Assembly (NCBI GenBank): GCA_951406725.2
Contig: OX597842.1
Coordinates: forward strand, 28,210,001 to 28,274,000
Source of the DNA: Octopus vulgaris
Lineage: Eukaryota
Length of the DNA stretch: 64,000 nucleotides
Direction of reading: 5' to 3'
The position numbers and the translations under genes are program-made. Below the pieces are notes generated by a model. It saw only the letters and a program-made list of their open reading frames with translations. It did no database searches and had not been told where the DNA came from. This document shows positions 48,670 to 60,746 of this stretch, one piece after another (the stretch's first letter is position 1; each line of letters opens with the position of its first letter).

Positions 48670-50156
48670 AAATTATTGTATACAGTGCTCAGGTGCACCA
48701 CAACTTGTCAGAAAGTGCATATAAAGTACATGCAGTAATGTAGAAATGTCTGGAAAGTGAACATGCTTGTGTGTGTATGGAGGAGAAAATCAGGTGTAGT
48801 GTTGGCGAATCTCAGGAAGCATGGAAGTCTTGAAGGATGCAGTGCTCCGACAACTAACAACCGATGCCGGCAGTTTGTTCCATGCTTCAGCAACTCTCAG
48901 CATGAAAAAATGTTTCCTGAAGTCATGGGAGCTGTGCTGTTTTCTTACTTTGTAAATATGTCCACGGGTGTTAGATGGGTGGAGTTTGAAAAGGTGCTCA
49001 GAGTTATTGTTTGTGCGATGGTTGATAATTTTATGGGTGTCTGCCAAGTCAGCTGCCAGACGTCGGAGTTTCAATGTGTCCATGCCCAGGGAAGTAAGGC
49101 ATTCAGGATATGGCAAATGCCTGATGGAGGGTATTCTTTTGGTTGCACGTCGCTGAACAGCTTCCAGACGATTGATGTCCTAGGCAAGATAGGGGTTCCA
49201 GACCGGTGATGCAAATTCCAGGTGAGGTCTTACCATAGCTATATAAAGCCGCAGAGCGGCTCACAAAGGATTTGGTGAGTGATGCCAAGACACCCTCAGC
49301 CTTCTTGACAATTTTTGCGATGTGTTTTGTCCAACGCAAATCACTGTCGACAATAACACCCAGGTCACGTTCACTTGAAGACTTTTTGAGACTAGTGTTG
49401 TGGAGGGAGTAGGTGGACGCTGGGTTTCTCCTCCCAAAATGCATGGTGGTACATTTGTCCACAGCCAGCTTGAGTTGCCAGTCCATGATCCACTGCTGCA
49501 TTGTGTCCAGGTCTGCTTGCAATAGAGATCCAGGATTTGACCTATTTATTTCGAGGTACAGCTTGATGTCATCTGCATATTTCAGCACTGTGGCATTCTT
49601 TAAGTTGGCATCTATGTCATTAACATATGCAACAAATAAAAGGGGGCCAAGAACAGATCCCTGTGGTACACCAGATGTCATCTCATAGGGCGAAGAGTGC
49701 TGTCCTAGAACTGTGACAACCTCTTTTCGGCTGAAAATAAAGGACTTTAACCAGTTATAGAGTTTGTCTCTTACACCCAATGCAGAAAGCTTCACCATAA
49801 GTCTTTTGTGTGGCACAGAGTTAAAAGCCTTAGCAAAGTCCAGGTAAACAACATCCACCCAGGATCCGCGATCAGTGATTTGGGTAACGTCCTCAAGAAA
49901 CTCGATGAGTTGATTACAGCAGCTGGAGTTAGGAATAAATCCGAATTTTGACGGCTGGATGAGGCTGTGAGACTTCCAGAAGTTCCAGAGGGTTTCTCTG
50001 ATACAGGATTCCATCAGTTTGGCGATGCAGCTGGTAAGACTGACGGGGCAATAGTTGACAGGCGATGTGCGGTCGCCTTTTTTGAACAGAGGGATGACAC
50101 TGGCAGTTTTCCACTGTTCTGGAGTAACACCATTGTCAAGACAGAATTGGAAGATA
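48670..50156 (-). mobile_element. 5'-truncated CR1-clade LINE (RT domain)
   Basis: ORF 49103-50173 with YLDFAKAF, GVPQGSVLGP, KYADD, ERDLGV; continues after a frameshift in 48790-49116 (FRKHFF.LRVAEAWNKLP). Confidence 0.9.
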
Positions 50157-50184
50157 CATATATATATACACATATATATGTATG

Positions 50185-50245
<61 letters not shown>

Positions 50246-50427
50246 ATATATATATATATATATACATATATATATTTATGTATGTATGGGTATATATATA
50301 TATATATATATATATGGGGTAGAAAATATTTCAGTGGAGAAACACATGGGGGATATATATAAAATGAGAAAAGATGAAAAAATCAGAAGATTTGTTTCAC
50401 AGGATTTAGGGGTATATTAGAGCCATG

Positions 50428-51290
50428 GAAAAAAAAGATATATAATTTTGTACAAAATAAGGTTTTGTCCTTTCAAAATAATTGAAGGACCGGTTTCGAG
50501 TTGCTTATCAAACTGAGAGTTGAAAAAAAAGATATATAATTTTGTACAAAATAAGGTTTTGTCCTTTCAAAATAATTGAAGGACCGGTTTCGAGTTGCTT
50601 ATCAAACTGAGAGTTGAAAAAAAAGATATATAATTTTGTACAAAATAAGGTTTTGTCCTTTCAAAATAATTGAAGGACCGGTTTCGAGTTGCTTATCAAA
50701 CTGAGAGTTGAAAAAAAAGATATATAATTTTGTACAAAATAAGGTTTTGTCCTTTCAAAATAATTGAAGGACCGGTTTCGAGTTGCTTATCAAACTGAGA
50801 GTTGAAAAAAAAAGATATATAATTTTTTCAAAATAAGGTTTTGTCCTTTCAAAATAATTGAAGGACCGGTTTGAGTTGCTTATCAAACTGAGAGTTGAAA
50901 AAAAAAGATATATAATTTTGTACAAAATAAGGTTTTGTCCTTTCAAAATAATTGAAGGACCGGTTTCGAGTTGCTTATCAAACTGAGAGTTGAAAAAAAA
51001 AGATATATAATTTTGTACAAAATAAGGTTTTGTCCTTTCAAAATAATTGAAGGACCGGTTTCGAGTTGCTTATCAAACTGAGAGTTGAAAAAAAAGATAT
51101 ATAATTTTGTACAAAATAAGGTTTTGTCCTTTCAAAATAATTGAAGGACCGGTTTCGAGTTGCTTATCAAACTGAGAGTTGAAAAAAAAGATATATAATT
51201 TTGTACAAAATAAGGTTTTGTCCTTTCAAAATAATTGAAGGACCGGTTTCGAGTTGCTTATCAAACTGAGAGTTGAAAAAAAAATATATA
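50428..51290 (-). repeat. Nine tandem 94-bp units, each with a minimal hammerhead-like core (Penelope terminal repeat)
   Basis: Minus strand reads UUGAUAA-G-caacu-C-GAAA-CCGGUC in each unit (one unit lacks the C). Lies next to Penelope remnants. Confidence 0.6.
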
Positions 51291-51439
51291 CGGCAAGTGG
51301 AGATAATTGTTCATTCATATATTTTACAGTTAAGGGGAGGTAAATCTGTAAATTTTTATTTGTTCTCTCTATTTTTTTTTCTGGCTTATGCCCTACATTA
51401 GATGGGGTAAGTCCTTTATTTTTAATATGGGTTCATATT

Positions 51440-52250
51440 TATTTATTTGGTCTGTATTTGGGGGTAAATGAGTCTTCTTTATTCAGTCTTACTTGTTGAA
51501 GATTCTCACCGATGCCAAACTATTCCCTAGAACAACAGATGCAAGAGTTGTAAAGTGTGGTTCACCTATTTGCAGAAAATCTTTTAGAAGGATCGAAATT
51601 CCATTTCAGACAAGGGCAAATATTCAAAATCAAATCCAACGTCCATTGCACACCCCAAAACCTCATTTACATAATCAGATGCTTGGGCTGCCTTCGAAAC
51701 TAAATTGATTCGAGAGGAATTTTAATCCAAAAGAGCTGTATGGTCCACAAACAACAAATTTCCTCCCCACAATATCGCCGAATATACCTCAGTTATCACA
51801 CTGATAAATGTGCAGAACGATTAGAACCACAATTCGTTAGTTTCCCATTTCAGCAACTTGCCTTCTGGACCTCAACACAAGACTAAACTCCTCACAGTAA
51901 CTTTCTTCCATGTTACTTTCGATCTGTGCTCTGGTAGACACAAGCTTTATCACAAGCCAAACCAGAGAATGTCTTGCATTAGAACTGGCACCAGCCCTAT
52001 ATTTTTCAAGAACCTAGTGAGAGGTGTAAGCAAGAGGATCTCGAATCTGTCCTCGAACCAAGATAGCTTTGACGCTGCTGCCCCCTTCTACAACGAGGCA
52101 CTGGCATGGAGTGGATTTAAGGACTGCCTCTCCTACATGCCAGGCCCTGACACCAGGAAAGGAAGCGCCGCAGAAATGTCGTTTGGTTTGCTCCACCCTT
52201 CTCACTTAACATCGAAACTTGTGTGGGAAAGATTTTCCTGAGGAAATATT
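51440..52250. pseudogene. Penelope-like element fragments
   Basis: Minus-strand ORF end RLNKEDSFTPKYRPNK* (about 51440-51490). Plus-strand GQIFKIKSNVHCTPQNLIYIIRCLGC (GIY-YIG start, about 51615-51692). Plus-strand RT thumb VTFDL..YHKPN..ISNLSSNQDSF..YNEALAWSGF..RNVVWFAPPFS (about 51890-52240). Confidence 0.7.
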
Positions 52251-53689
52251 TCAGGGTTATTTTTCTAATCATCATCATCGTTTTAAAATCTCTTTTTCCA
52301 TGCTTGCATGGGTCAGACAAAAGCACATTAGGAGCACTCGGCCGGTTATGACAACATTTGTTTCTTTTGATATGATCGATGGAACAGCCTGCTCGTGAAA
52401 TTAATGCACAAGTGGCTGAGTACTCCACAGGCACACATACCGTTAATGTAGTTCACAGGGAGATTCAGCATAACATACACAATATGACAGGGCTAGATGG
52501 GGATCTTTTCCGTTTGAACGGCAGTTTTTTAAAATAATTTCCACGTAACTTAAACACTTTTAAACTTCATATACTGGTAGAATGTGTTTATAAAACATCT
52601 TTTTCTCTTGGTTTTCTTGAGAAAATTCTATAGTTTGTAAGATATTTGTTGTTTTTTTTCTTCAATTTCTGCAATTTCAACCAATCAATGTCGTCTATAA
52701 ATAAAACGAACCCTTTATTTTCCCTTTTTGCCACACAGTATATATAATACCTGTTTTTTTTTGGGTGGGGGGTTAGCGCGGGAAATTTCTCTGAAATTTT
52801 ATCGCCAAGAAACAAATCCGACCAGTTTGGGATTTTTGTGGAAACTCATCCCAACCCCTACGAATAGAAATAATAATAATGCGATATAATCGGATTCTAT
52901 GAATCGATTATGGAAAAAATAAAAATTTACAAATAGAAAAAAATGTGCGAAAAAGAGTTTGTGTGAGATTTGGCTGCTATTTCTAGCAGGTGAATAGACT
53001 GCTTATTTAAGGTACGGCTGCGCCCAGTTTTGATTTCGAAGTATTTAAAAAAGCTTATTTGGAAATCAAAGAGAAAGGAAGGACGCATTTTAAAAGCGAA
53101 AATTAGAAAAACAAAATTTCCAAAAACCTCCGTTCCACCCGTGTCGCCCACCCAAGACGGGGAGAGAGAAAAATACAGTGTCAGAGGGAGAGAGGGTGAG
53201 AGAGAATAAGGAGAATGGGAGAGAGAGATGGTGAGAGAGAATAAGAGGGAGGATGAGAGAGAGGAAAATACAGAGAGAGAGAGGGGTAAAAGAATAAGAG
53301 ACAGGAAAATACAGAAAGAGAGAGGGGGTAAAAGAATAAGTGAGAGAATGAGAGAGGGGGAAAATACAGAGAGAGAGATAGGGTGAGAGAATAAAAGGGA
53401 GGATGGGAGAAGGGGAAATACTGATAGAAAAATACAGTGTGAGGAGGAAAAAGGGTGAGAGAGAGAGTATTTCTTTATTCACCATAAGGTTGAGAAAAAG
53501 AGGGGACAAAACAAACGTTGGGGTCAGGGTATCGAATGAGACGAAACGTATGAATAAACAAACAATTAAATATATATACAATTAAATGAGAATGAGTGAT
53601 TAACAAAAAATGAAGCGGAGGACGCGGTTGACCCCACAAACCACATCCTCACACTGAAGACTTTGCTTTATCCTTTTTTACATCCTCGA

Positions 53690-56600
53690 TTAAATAGGTT
53701 CTTTCACTCGCAACATACTTGCTGTAGACTTCCATCTTTTACGAAACACACTTTGCGACAGGCATTTCTTCTCCAGCCTTATTTTCCGTTTCATGTGGAA
53801 AACGAAAAAGTCGATTAGCTCGAGACTGGAGATAAACATGCCTGTTGCAATTCCTTTTACTCTCGTCTTCCACACTACTTCTTTCGCCATAGCAACTACC
53901 GAAAGAAAACAGGCTCGCTCCTCCCTATTCAGGAAGGTCGGCGGAACTATCTTAATTACAGATTCGCTCGACAGTTGTACTCTTCTCGAATGCGACAGCA
54001 GGTGTTCGACATAAGTCCAGAGTTCAGTCACCTTGGGGCATTGCACAATCGCGTGCAGGACAGTTTCACTGTCCCTCTTACATCTTGCACAAACCGGCGA
54101 AGGTGCACACCCATGTCTAAAGAGCTTATCTCGAACCGGTAAAGCTCCTCTGTAACATTGCCAGGCCAGGGACTTTTGGTAATTATCCATAGGCCCCGGA
54201 CCGAATGTTCTTTGGAACAGGCTGGCCAGTTGATTTTCGTCGAAGCCCAGAGTTTCTCCTAGGACGTCGTCACACTTAAACTCTACTAACCCTCTATAGA
54301 AGAACGCGGTAGTAGCCCCGCCACCGGCGTTGCCCGACTGGGAGAGAAGCACGAGTGCCTGATAGCACTCTGCATGCCACATGCCCAACCTCGGTCTACA
54401 CTTGATCCATGGGTTCAGTTCGTTAAACGATGTGAACTGTGGAAATAACAGCTTGACAAACGGAGACCACACCTGCTCACCGTCCAGGTAAATCCAGAGG
54501 TGCCTTAGCCTGAGCGCATGTCTGCGCATTTTTAGCCACGGCATCCCTAACCCACCGTTCAGCGGCTTTTGGCAGCAAATAGAGCGCCTTACAAGAGGTC
54601 TGCTGCCCCTCCACAAAAAGCGAAAGAGCATGCGTTCCAGTTTGTTCAGCCACGAATCGGGGCAAGGCACTACGGTTAGGCGGTAAGTGATTACAGAGGC
54701 GATAAACACTTCTGCAACCTCCGCCTTCCCTTTCAAGGACAGATTCCGTTCAGACCATGTCTGAGTTAGGAGAGCCACCTTTCTCGCCACCTCGCTCCAA
54801 TCCTTCTCTATCTGGAGATCTGGACCTAACCAGATCCCAAGCATTTTCACCGGTCCTTCCGTCCAACGTCCTACGACGCTGTCGGAAGACATCGACTTGC
54901 CCCTCCAGGTGCCGAGTTGCAAGCCGACCGATTTATCCCGGTTGACTTTCGCTCCTGCCACCGCTTCGTAGTCCCTTAAGGCCTCACCCACCCACTGTAG
55001 GTGCTCGACTCGGGAAACGATGACGGTGATGTCGTCCGCATACGCCGAAGCTGACTTTCCGCACCCTAGATCTTGCGGGGTGCCTCTCATAGTTTCCAAC
55101 CTCCTCAGCAACGGCTCGAGGGCCAAAACGTGGAGAAGCGGGGAGAGAGGACACCCTTGACGTACCGAACGTTCAATGCTGAACGGTTCCGAAAGGAAAC
55201 CATTTACCCGAACTACCGATTCGATGTTGCTGTATAAAGCGATGATCCATCCGCGGAAGGTCGGGCCGAAGCCAGCCGCCGCGAGGACCGCCGCCAGATA
55301 CTGATGGTCCACCCTATCAAACGCTTTCGATTGGTCCAAGTGGACCATAGCCCCACCCTTGCCAGGAATCCTATTTACCCTTTCTAAGGCATAGCGTAGA
55401 AAGTGGAGATTGTCTTGGATGGTCCTTCCAGGGATGGCGCAAGTTTGCGCCTCGCCAACAAGTTCACCCACGACCCTCGCCAACCTTTTTGCTAAGACCT
55501 TGGCCAAGATCTTCAACTCTGCGTTAAGCAGAGTGATAGGCCGGAAATTATCAATTAAATCCCCCTTGTTTGGGTCCTTTCTTAACAACGCTACCACCCC
55601 TCGGCTCACAGACTTAGGAATTCTCCCGTTCTGCTGCCAGTTGGTGTACACGCATGCAAGTAGGTGCCCAAACAAGTCTGGCATGCTACTATAGAGTTCG
55701 TAAGGCAGACCATCGAGTCCCGGCGATTTGTCCCCGCCGCATTCTGCCAACATATCCTTGACTTCTTTGGCTGTGATCGGCGCCTCACAAGATTCCGCGT
55801 CCGGCCTCGATAGACGCGGCGAACCGGCTAGGAAGTCTGCGAGCTTCTCCCCGCGCTCCAGCTCGCCGCTCCTCCCGAATAGCTGGGCGAAATGATCATG
55901 AAACACCTTGCACATCTCCTCGGGTTCGTTTACTAATCGACCATTTGGGCCCGTCAAGGATCGAATGGTTGAGCTGTTGCCACGCTGGCCCTCTACCACC
56001 CGGGCCCATCCGGCTGCGTTGATCCCTTCCTGTCTCATTGCACGGATCTTAGCCCTGACAATGCACCCTTCATGTTTAGCTTGGAGATGTTGGTCTAGTG
56101 CTAACCTCGCCGCTAACACTTTCGATGCACTGCCTGACCTCATTGCCTCCTCTATTGCCTTAACTAGTTCCTTTTCTACTTTGTTTCTAGCACTAGCTAG
56201 TTCTTTGCTAAACCTAATTGACTCAAATTTGATGGCTCTTTTCAGGGCGTACCACCATTTATTGTTGATAATGGATCCGGTTAACGCCCTCATTACTAAT
56301 TGTTTAATCCGATTCCTGTAGGCTTCACAGTCCAATAGTGACTTGTTTAGCTTCCAGTAACCGGTACCTCGTCTACACATGCTATCTATGTCGAGCGTAC
56401 AGGTCACTAATTTGTGATCGCTGTAGCTGACGATATGGTGTTGTGGACAGCTAAGTATTTTCTTATCTTTCCTTCTAGTTATGATTCTATCGATATAAGA
56501 TCTGGACGACCCGTCGTTTCTTGCCCAGGTCCACTCTGGAGTGTCTGGATGGTCCAGTCTGAATCTATCTGCCAATTCGAAACGACTTAGCATATCGTTG

Positions 56601-57007
56601 AGGTGAGGTAATCCCCTCGTATTCTTTCTCGAGCCAACATAATCTACGCTTGCATCGCAAATTATGTTGAAGTCACCTAGCAATACTAACGTGTTCGACG
56701 TGCCAAGAAAATTCTCTAGGCTTTTGAAATACTCTTTCTGCCCGGCTTTTCCTTCGCAGGGAGCATAGACAGCGACCAGCCTGAACACTTTACCACTGCT
56801 GTGCGTCACATCCAAAACGACCAACCTGCCTTCCGGATCTATAAAGACAGTTCTAATCTCTAAATCCAGGTTTTTCCTGACCAGCACTGCCACTCCTCCT
56901 CCCCCTCCAGGTCGACAGGGAGAAATGTATTTCTCGTAGCCGTTTAGAAGGGCCGAAAAAGCCTGCAGCCCACTCAGTCTGGATTCGGTAATTACCACTA
57001 CATCCAA
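53690..57007 (-). CDS. Tx1 ORF2: APE endonuclease, RT and C-terminal CCHC finger
   Basis: Motifs ITES, GDFN, SYIDR, SDH, GYWKLN, SPGLDGLP, FRPITLLN, DQSKAFD, VRQGCPLSP, AYADD, CARC..ETVLHAIVQC. The frame continues upstream to about 57090 (CINTRGL). Confidence 0.93.
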   Translation of the reverse strand: MDVVVITESRLSGLQAFSALLNGYEKYISPCRPGGGGGVAVLVRKNLDLEIRTVFIDPEGRLVVLDVTHSSGKVFRLVAVYAPCEGKAGQKEYFKSLENFLGTSNTLVLLGDFNIICDASVDYVGSRKNTRGLPHLNDMLSRFELADRFRLDHPDTPEWTWARNDGSSRSYIDRIITRRKDKKILSCPQHHIVSYSDHKLVTCTLDIDSMCRRGTGYWKLNKSLLDCEAYRNRIKQLVMRALTGSIINNKWWYALKRAIKFESIRFSKELASARNKVEKELVKAIEEAMRSGSASKVLAARLALDQHLQAKHEGCIVRAKIRAMRQEGINAAGWARVVEGQRGNSSTIRSLTGPNGRLVNEPEEMCKVFHDHFAQLFGRSGELERGEKLADFLAGSPRLSRPDAESCEAPITAKEVKDMLAECGGDKSPGLDGLPYELYSSMPDLFGHLLACVYTNWQQNGRIPKSVSRGVVALLRKDPNKGDLIDNFRPITLLNAELKILAKVLAKRLARVVGELVGEAQTCAIPGRTIQDNLHFLRYALERVNRIPGKGGAMVHLDQSKAFDRVDHQYLAAVLAAAGFGPTFRGWIIALYSNIESVVRVNGFLSEPFSIERSVRQGCPLSPLLHVLALEPLLRRLETMRGTPQDLGCGKSASAYADDITVIVSRVEHLQWVGEALRDYEAVAGAKVNRDKSVGLQLGTWRGKSMSSDSVVGRWTEGPVKMLGIWLGPDLQIEKDWSEVARKVALLTQTWSERNLSLKGKAEVAEVFIASVITYRLTVVPCPDSWLNKLERMLFRFLWRGSRPLVRRSICCQKPLNGGLGMPWLKMRRHALRLRHLWIYLDGEQVWSPFVKLLFPQFTSFNELNPWIKCRPRLGMWHAECYQALVLLSQSGNAGGGATTAFFYRGLVEFKCDDVLGETLGFDENQLASLFQRTFGPGPMDNYQKSLAWQCYRGALPVRDKLFRHGCAPSPVCARCKRDSETVLHAIVQCPKVTELWTYVEHLLSHSRRVQLSSESVIKIVPPTFLNREERACFLSVVAMAKEVVWKTRVKGIATGMFISSLELIDFFVFHMKRKIRLEKKCLSQSVFRKRWKSTASMLRVKEPI

Positions 57008-57418
57008 ACGATGCGACCTAAGGTCGTTAAGGAGGTAGCCTTGCTTCCAATACGACCCCAGGCCGCGAGTATTTATACAACCGAGTTTAAACGAGAATGT
57101 GAAAATTTAGTCGAATGTTTAAAACTTACTGTTTTAACGGAAGAGAGGATGTAGTTTCACCCTCATCTTTTCTGTCTGTGAGTGTTGTGTTTTGCGAGGT
57201 CAGTTTTTTTGCGAATTGCTTGTACAGATGGCTTGAAAAGTTCATCTGTAACGGGCCTACATCCTCCGCTAAAGATTTTTTAATTTCAAAATATTCCGCA
57301 TTATCTATCGTATAAAATTCTACATTTTCGGATATAATACTATTTATATCTGTTGCGATATATTTTTTCGCCGATTTCAGTAAATTAATTTTTTCCCTTA
57401 ATGGGTTATTGTTTTTAT

Positions 57419-58690
57419 TTATCGCCGTGAAGGTGTTTCTTTTTTTTTGTTAGGTGATTGTGGAGGGGGCTGTGTGTGTGTGTTTGTGGGTGTGTGTGTG
57501 CTTGTAGAAGCGTGGGTGTTTGTAGGTGTGTGCGTGCTTGTGGTAGGTGTGTGAGTGTTTGTGTGTGCTTTTTCCAGTGTGTGTGTTTTTTTGGCTACGT
57601 GTGTGTTTGCGACTGTATTTGTGGGTGTGGGTGTGCTTGTCTGTGTCAGAGTATAGTCCTGTGTATCCGAAGAGGGTGGATTTTTCCGTTTCCGTCTTCT
57701 TTTTGAAGCTTCCACGTTGACCCACTCCTGGATGTTGTTGATGTTGTTGTCATCGTTTTCTCCCGTTGTCGGCTGAATTTCGGCAATTGGGGTGCGCGAC
57801 GTGGCTGCTATTTCTAGCGGTGAAGTTGTTTTCGGCGTCGTGCTTGCCTCTGTAGTATTTTCTTTCGCTGTCTTCTTGCAGCTCGACCGTATGTAGCCTT
57901 TCTCGCCACATTTATAGCATCTCGGTTTTCTTCCCTCGACTATTACCATCAAGGTGGTATCTCCAATGGTGAGGGAGCTTGGCAATTTTTCCAAGTCCGA
58001 TGGGTTCGCTTGGATCACAAGCTCTAAGTCCTGTCCATACCAGGTTGTGGGGCGATATCTTTTAGACTGAAGAATGGCAATTTCTTCCTCTTTGCCTAAG
58101 AGAATCGCTGCTGTTATAAAATCCACCTCGATTTCGGGCGGAATGTCCGTAACCGTTATTCTACTAGTTCTCATTCCTAAATAAAATGGTAAAAGAACTA
58201 CCTCTTCCGACTTCAACGTTCTTGTTGAATGTTCCCTAGCTATTTCTTCGCTAGGGAAACGCACCTCTACCGTGCCGAAGCGACTACCCCTTGTTATAAA
58301 TGTAGTTTGTTGCCATATCGGCCTCAAACATTTTTCTATGGCTTCTCTCTGTACGAAGTCAATTTTCTTATTTTTGACATTATAAGTCTTGTATATGACA
58401 GTTTTTCTCTCCGTCGCGTAAATCAATTCACTGGGAGGGAACAACTTCACATTATCACCTTCTTTTTTTAGTAGTCCTTGGTATTTCTTTAATTCTTCCT
58501 TGTTGATGACTATATTTTCACAGGGGCGAGTTGCTGCACTCGCAAACTTTATCTTTGCCTTTTCTTGTCGTTTACTAACTTCGCCAGACATATTGTGGTC
58601 TGCTTTTGTGAGGCTCGCGTGAGACGTCTCTCTACTTCTACCTTCCTCCTCCCGCATTTTCGCCTTCATCGCCTTCAAACAAATTTTCAA
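57419..58690 (-). CDS. Tx1 ORF1 (gag-like, zinc knuckle)
   Basis: RRM-like region followed by EGRKPRCYKCGEKGYIRSSC (CCHC with H>Y) and a Thr/Pro-rich tail. A probable A-run frameshift near 57445 truncates it. Confidence 0.85.
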   Translation of the reverse strand: MKICLKAMKAKMREEEGRSRETSHASLTKADHNMSGEVSKRQEKAKIKFASAATRPCENIVINKEELKKYQGLLKKEGDNVKLFPPSELIYATERKTVIYKTYNVKNKKIDFVQREAIEKCLRPIWQQTTFITRGSRFGTVEVRFPSEEIAREHSTRTLKSEEVVLLPFYLGMRTSRITVTDIPPEIEVDFITAAILLGKEEEIAILQSKRYRPTTWYGQDLELVIQANPSDLEKLPSSLTIGDTTLMVIVEGRKPRCYKCGEKGYIRSSCKKTAKENTTEASTTPKTTSPLEIAATSRTPIAEIQPTTGENDDNNINNIQEWVNVEASKRRRKRKNPPSSDTQDYTLTQTSTPTPTNTVANTHVAKKTHTLEKAHTNTHTPTTSTHTPTNTHASTSTHTPTNTHTQPPPQSPNKKKETPSRR

Positions 58691-58872
58691 CGTTTTCCTC
58701 CGACTCGGAGGAGACTGGTTGCAAATTCATGTCTTTTCGTCACTTCCCCCTTGAAACAAGGGGGAAAGAACAGCAGAAAAGAAGTGGCCTCCACGACCAA
58801 AACAGCAAATTTTCAAACTTTTCAGCACAAAAACAATCTTTCACTGCGGAGCAAAGAATAACACGACCGATC

Positions 58873-59533
58873 AGAGAGAGAGAGAGAGAGAGTGTGTGTG
58901 TGTGTGTGTCGTTCGTGTGTGTGTGTGTCGTTTGTGTGTGTGTGTACACTTATATATTAATTACTATGTGCTTGTGCAAATGTATATGCATGTGTTTTAG
59001 AGAGAGAGAGAGAGAGAGTGTGTGTGTGTGTGTGTCGTTTGTATGTGTGTGTACGCTTATATATTAATTACTATGTGCTTGTGCAAATGTATATGCATGT
59101 GTTTGAGAGAGAGAGAGAGAGAGTGTGTGTGTGTGTGTCGTTTGTATGTGTGTGTACGCTTATATATTAATTACTATGTGCTTGTGCAAATGTATATGCA
59201 TGTGTTTGAGAGAGAGAGAGAGAGTGTGTGTGTGTGTGTGTGTGTCGTTTGTATGTGTGTGTACGCTTATATATTAATTACTATGTGCTTGTGCAAATGT
59301 ATATGCATGTGTTTGAGAGAGAGAGAGAGAGAGAGAGAGAGTGTGTGTGTGTGTCGTTTGTATGTGTGTGTACGCTTATATATTAATTACTATGTGCTTG
59401 TGCAAATGTATATGCATGTGTTTGAGAGAGAGAGAGAGAGAGAGTGTGTGTGTGTGTGTGTGTGTGTCGTTTGTATGTGTGTGTACGCTTATATATTAAT
59501 TACTATGTGCTTGTGCAAATGTATATGCATGTG

Positions 59534-59579
<46 letters not shown>

Positions 59580-60715
59580 TGTGTGTGTCGTTTGTATGTG
59601 TGTGTACGCTTATATATTAATTACTATGTGCTTGTGCAAATGTATATGCATGTGTTTGAGAGAGAGAGAGAGAGTGTGTGTGTGTGTGTCGTTTGTATGT
59701 GTGTGTACGCTTATATATTAATTACTATGTGCTTGTGCAAATGTATATGCATGTGTTTGAGAGAGAGAGAGAGAGAGAGAGAGGTGTGTGTGTGTGTCGT
59801 TTGTATGTGTGTGTACGCTTATATATTAATTACTATGTGCTTGTGCAAATGTATATGCATGTGTTTGAGAGAGAGAGAGAGAGAGAGAGAGAGTGTGTGT
59901 GTGTGTGTCGTTTGTATGTGTGTGTACGCTTATATATTAATTACTATGTGCTTGTGCAAATGTATATGCATGTGTTTGAGAGAGAGAGAGAGAGTGTGTG
60001 TGTGTGTCGTTTGTATGTGTGTGTACGCTTATATATTAATTACTATGTGCTTGTGCAAATGTATATGCATGTGTTTGAGAGAGAGAGAGAGTGTGTGTGT
60101 GTGTCGTTTGTATGTGTGTGTACGCTTATATATTAATTACTATGTGCTTGTGCAAATGTATATGCATGTGTTTGAGAGAGAGAGAGAGAGAGAGAGAGTG
60201 TGTGTGTGTGTCGTTTGTATGTGTGTGTACGCTTATATATTAATTACTATGTGCTTGTGCAAATGTATATGCATGTGTTTGAGAGAGAGAGAGAGAGAGA
60301 GTGTGTGTGTGTGTGTCGTTTGTATGTGTGTGTACGCTTATATATTAATTACTATGTGCTTGTGCAAATGTATATGCATGTGTTTGAGAGAGAGAGAGAG
60401 AGAGTGAGAGTGTGTGTGTGTGTGTCGTTTGTATGTGTGTGTACGCTTATATATTAATTACTATGTGCTTGTGCAAATGTATATGCATGTGTTTGAGAGA
60501 GAGAGAGAGTGTGTGTGTGTGTCGTTTGTATGTGTGTGTACGCTTATATATTAATTACTATGTGCTTGTGCAAATTTATATGCATGTGTTTGAGAGAGAG
60601 AGAGAGAGAGAGAGTGTGTGTGTGTGTGTCGTTTGTATGTGTGTATACGCTTATATATTAATTACTATGTGCTTGTGCAAATGTATATGCATGTGTTTCA
60701 GAGAGAGAGAGAGAG

Positions 60716-60746
<31 letters not shown>

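Larger units (their letters stand above)
53468..58872 (-). mobile_element. Full-length L1/Tx1-clade LINE in a (TC)n/(GA)n tract
   Basis: ORF1 and ORF2, AATAAA near the 3' end. Both termini abut (CT)n on the element strand. Confidence 0.9.
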
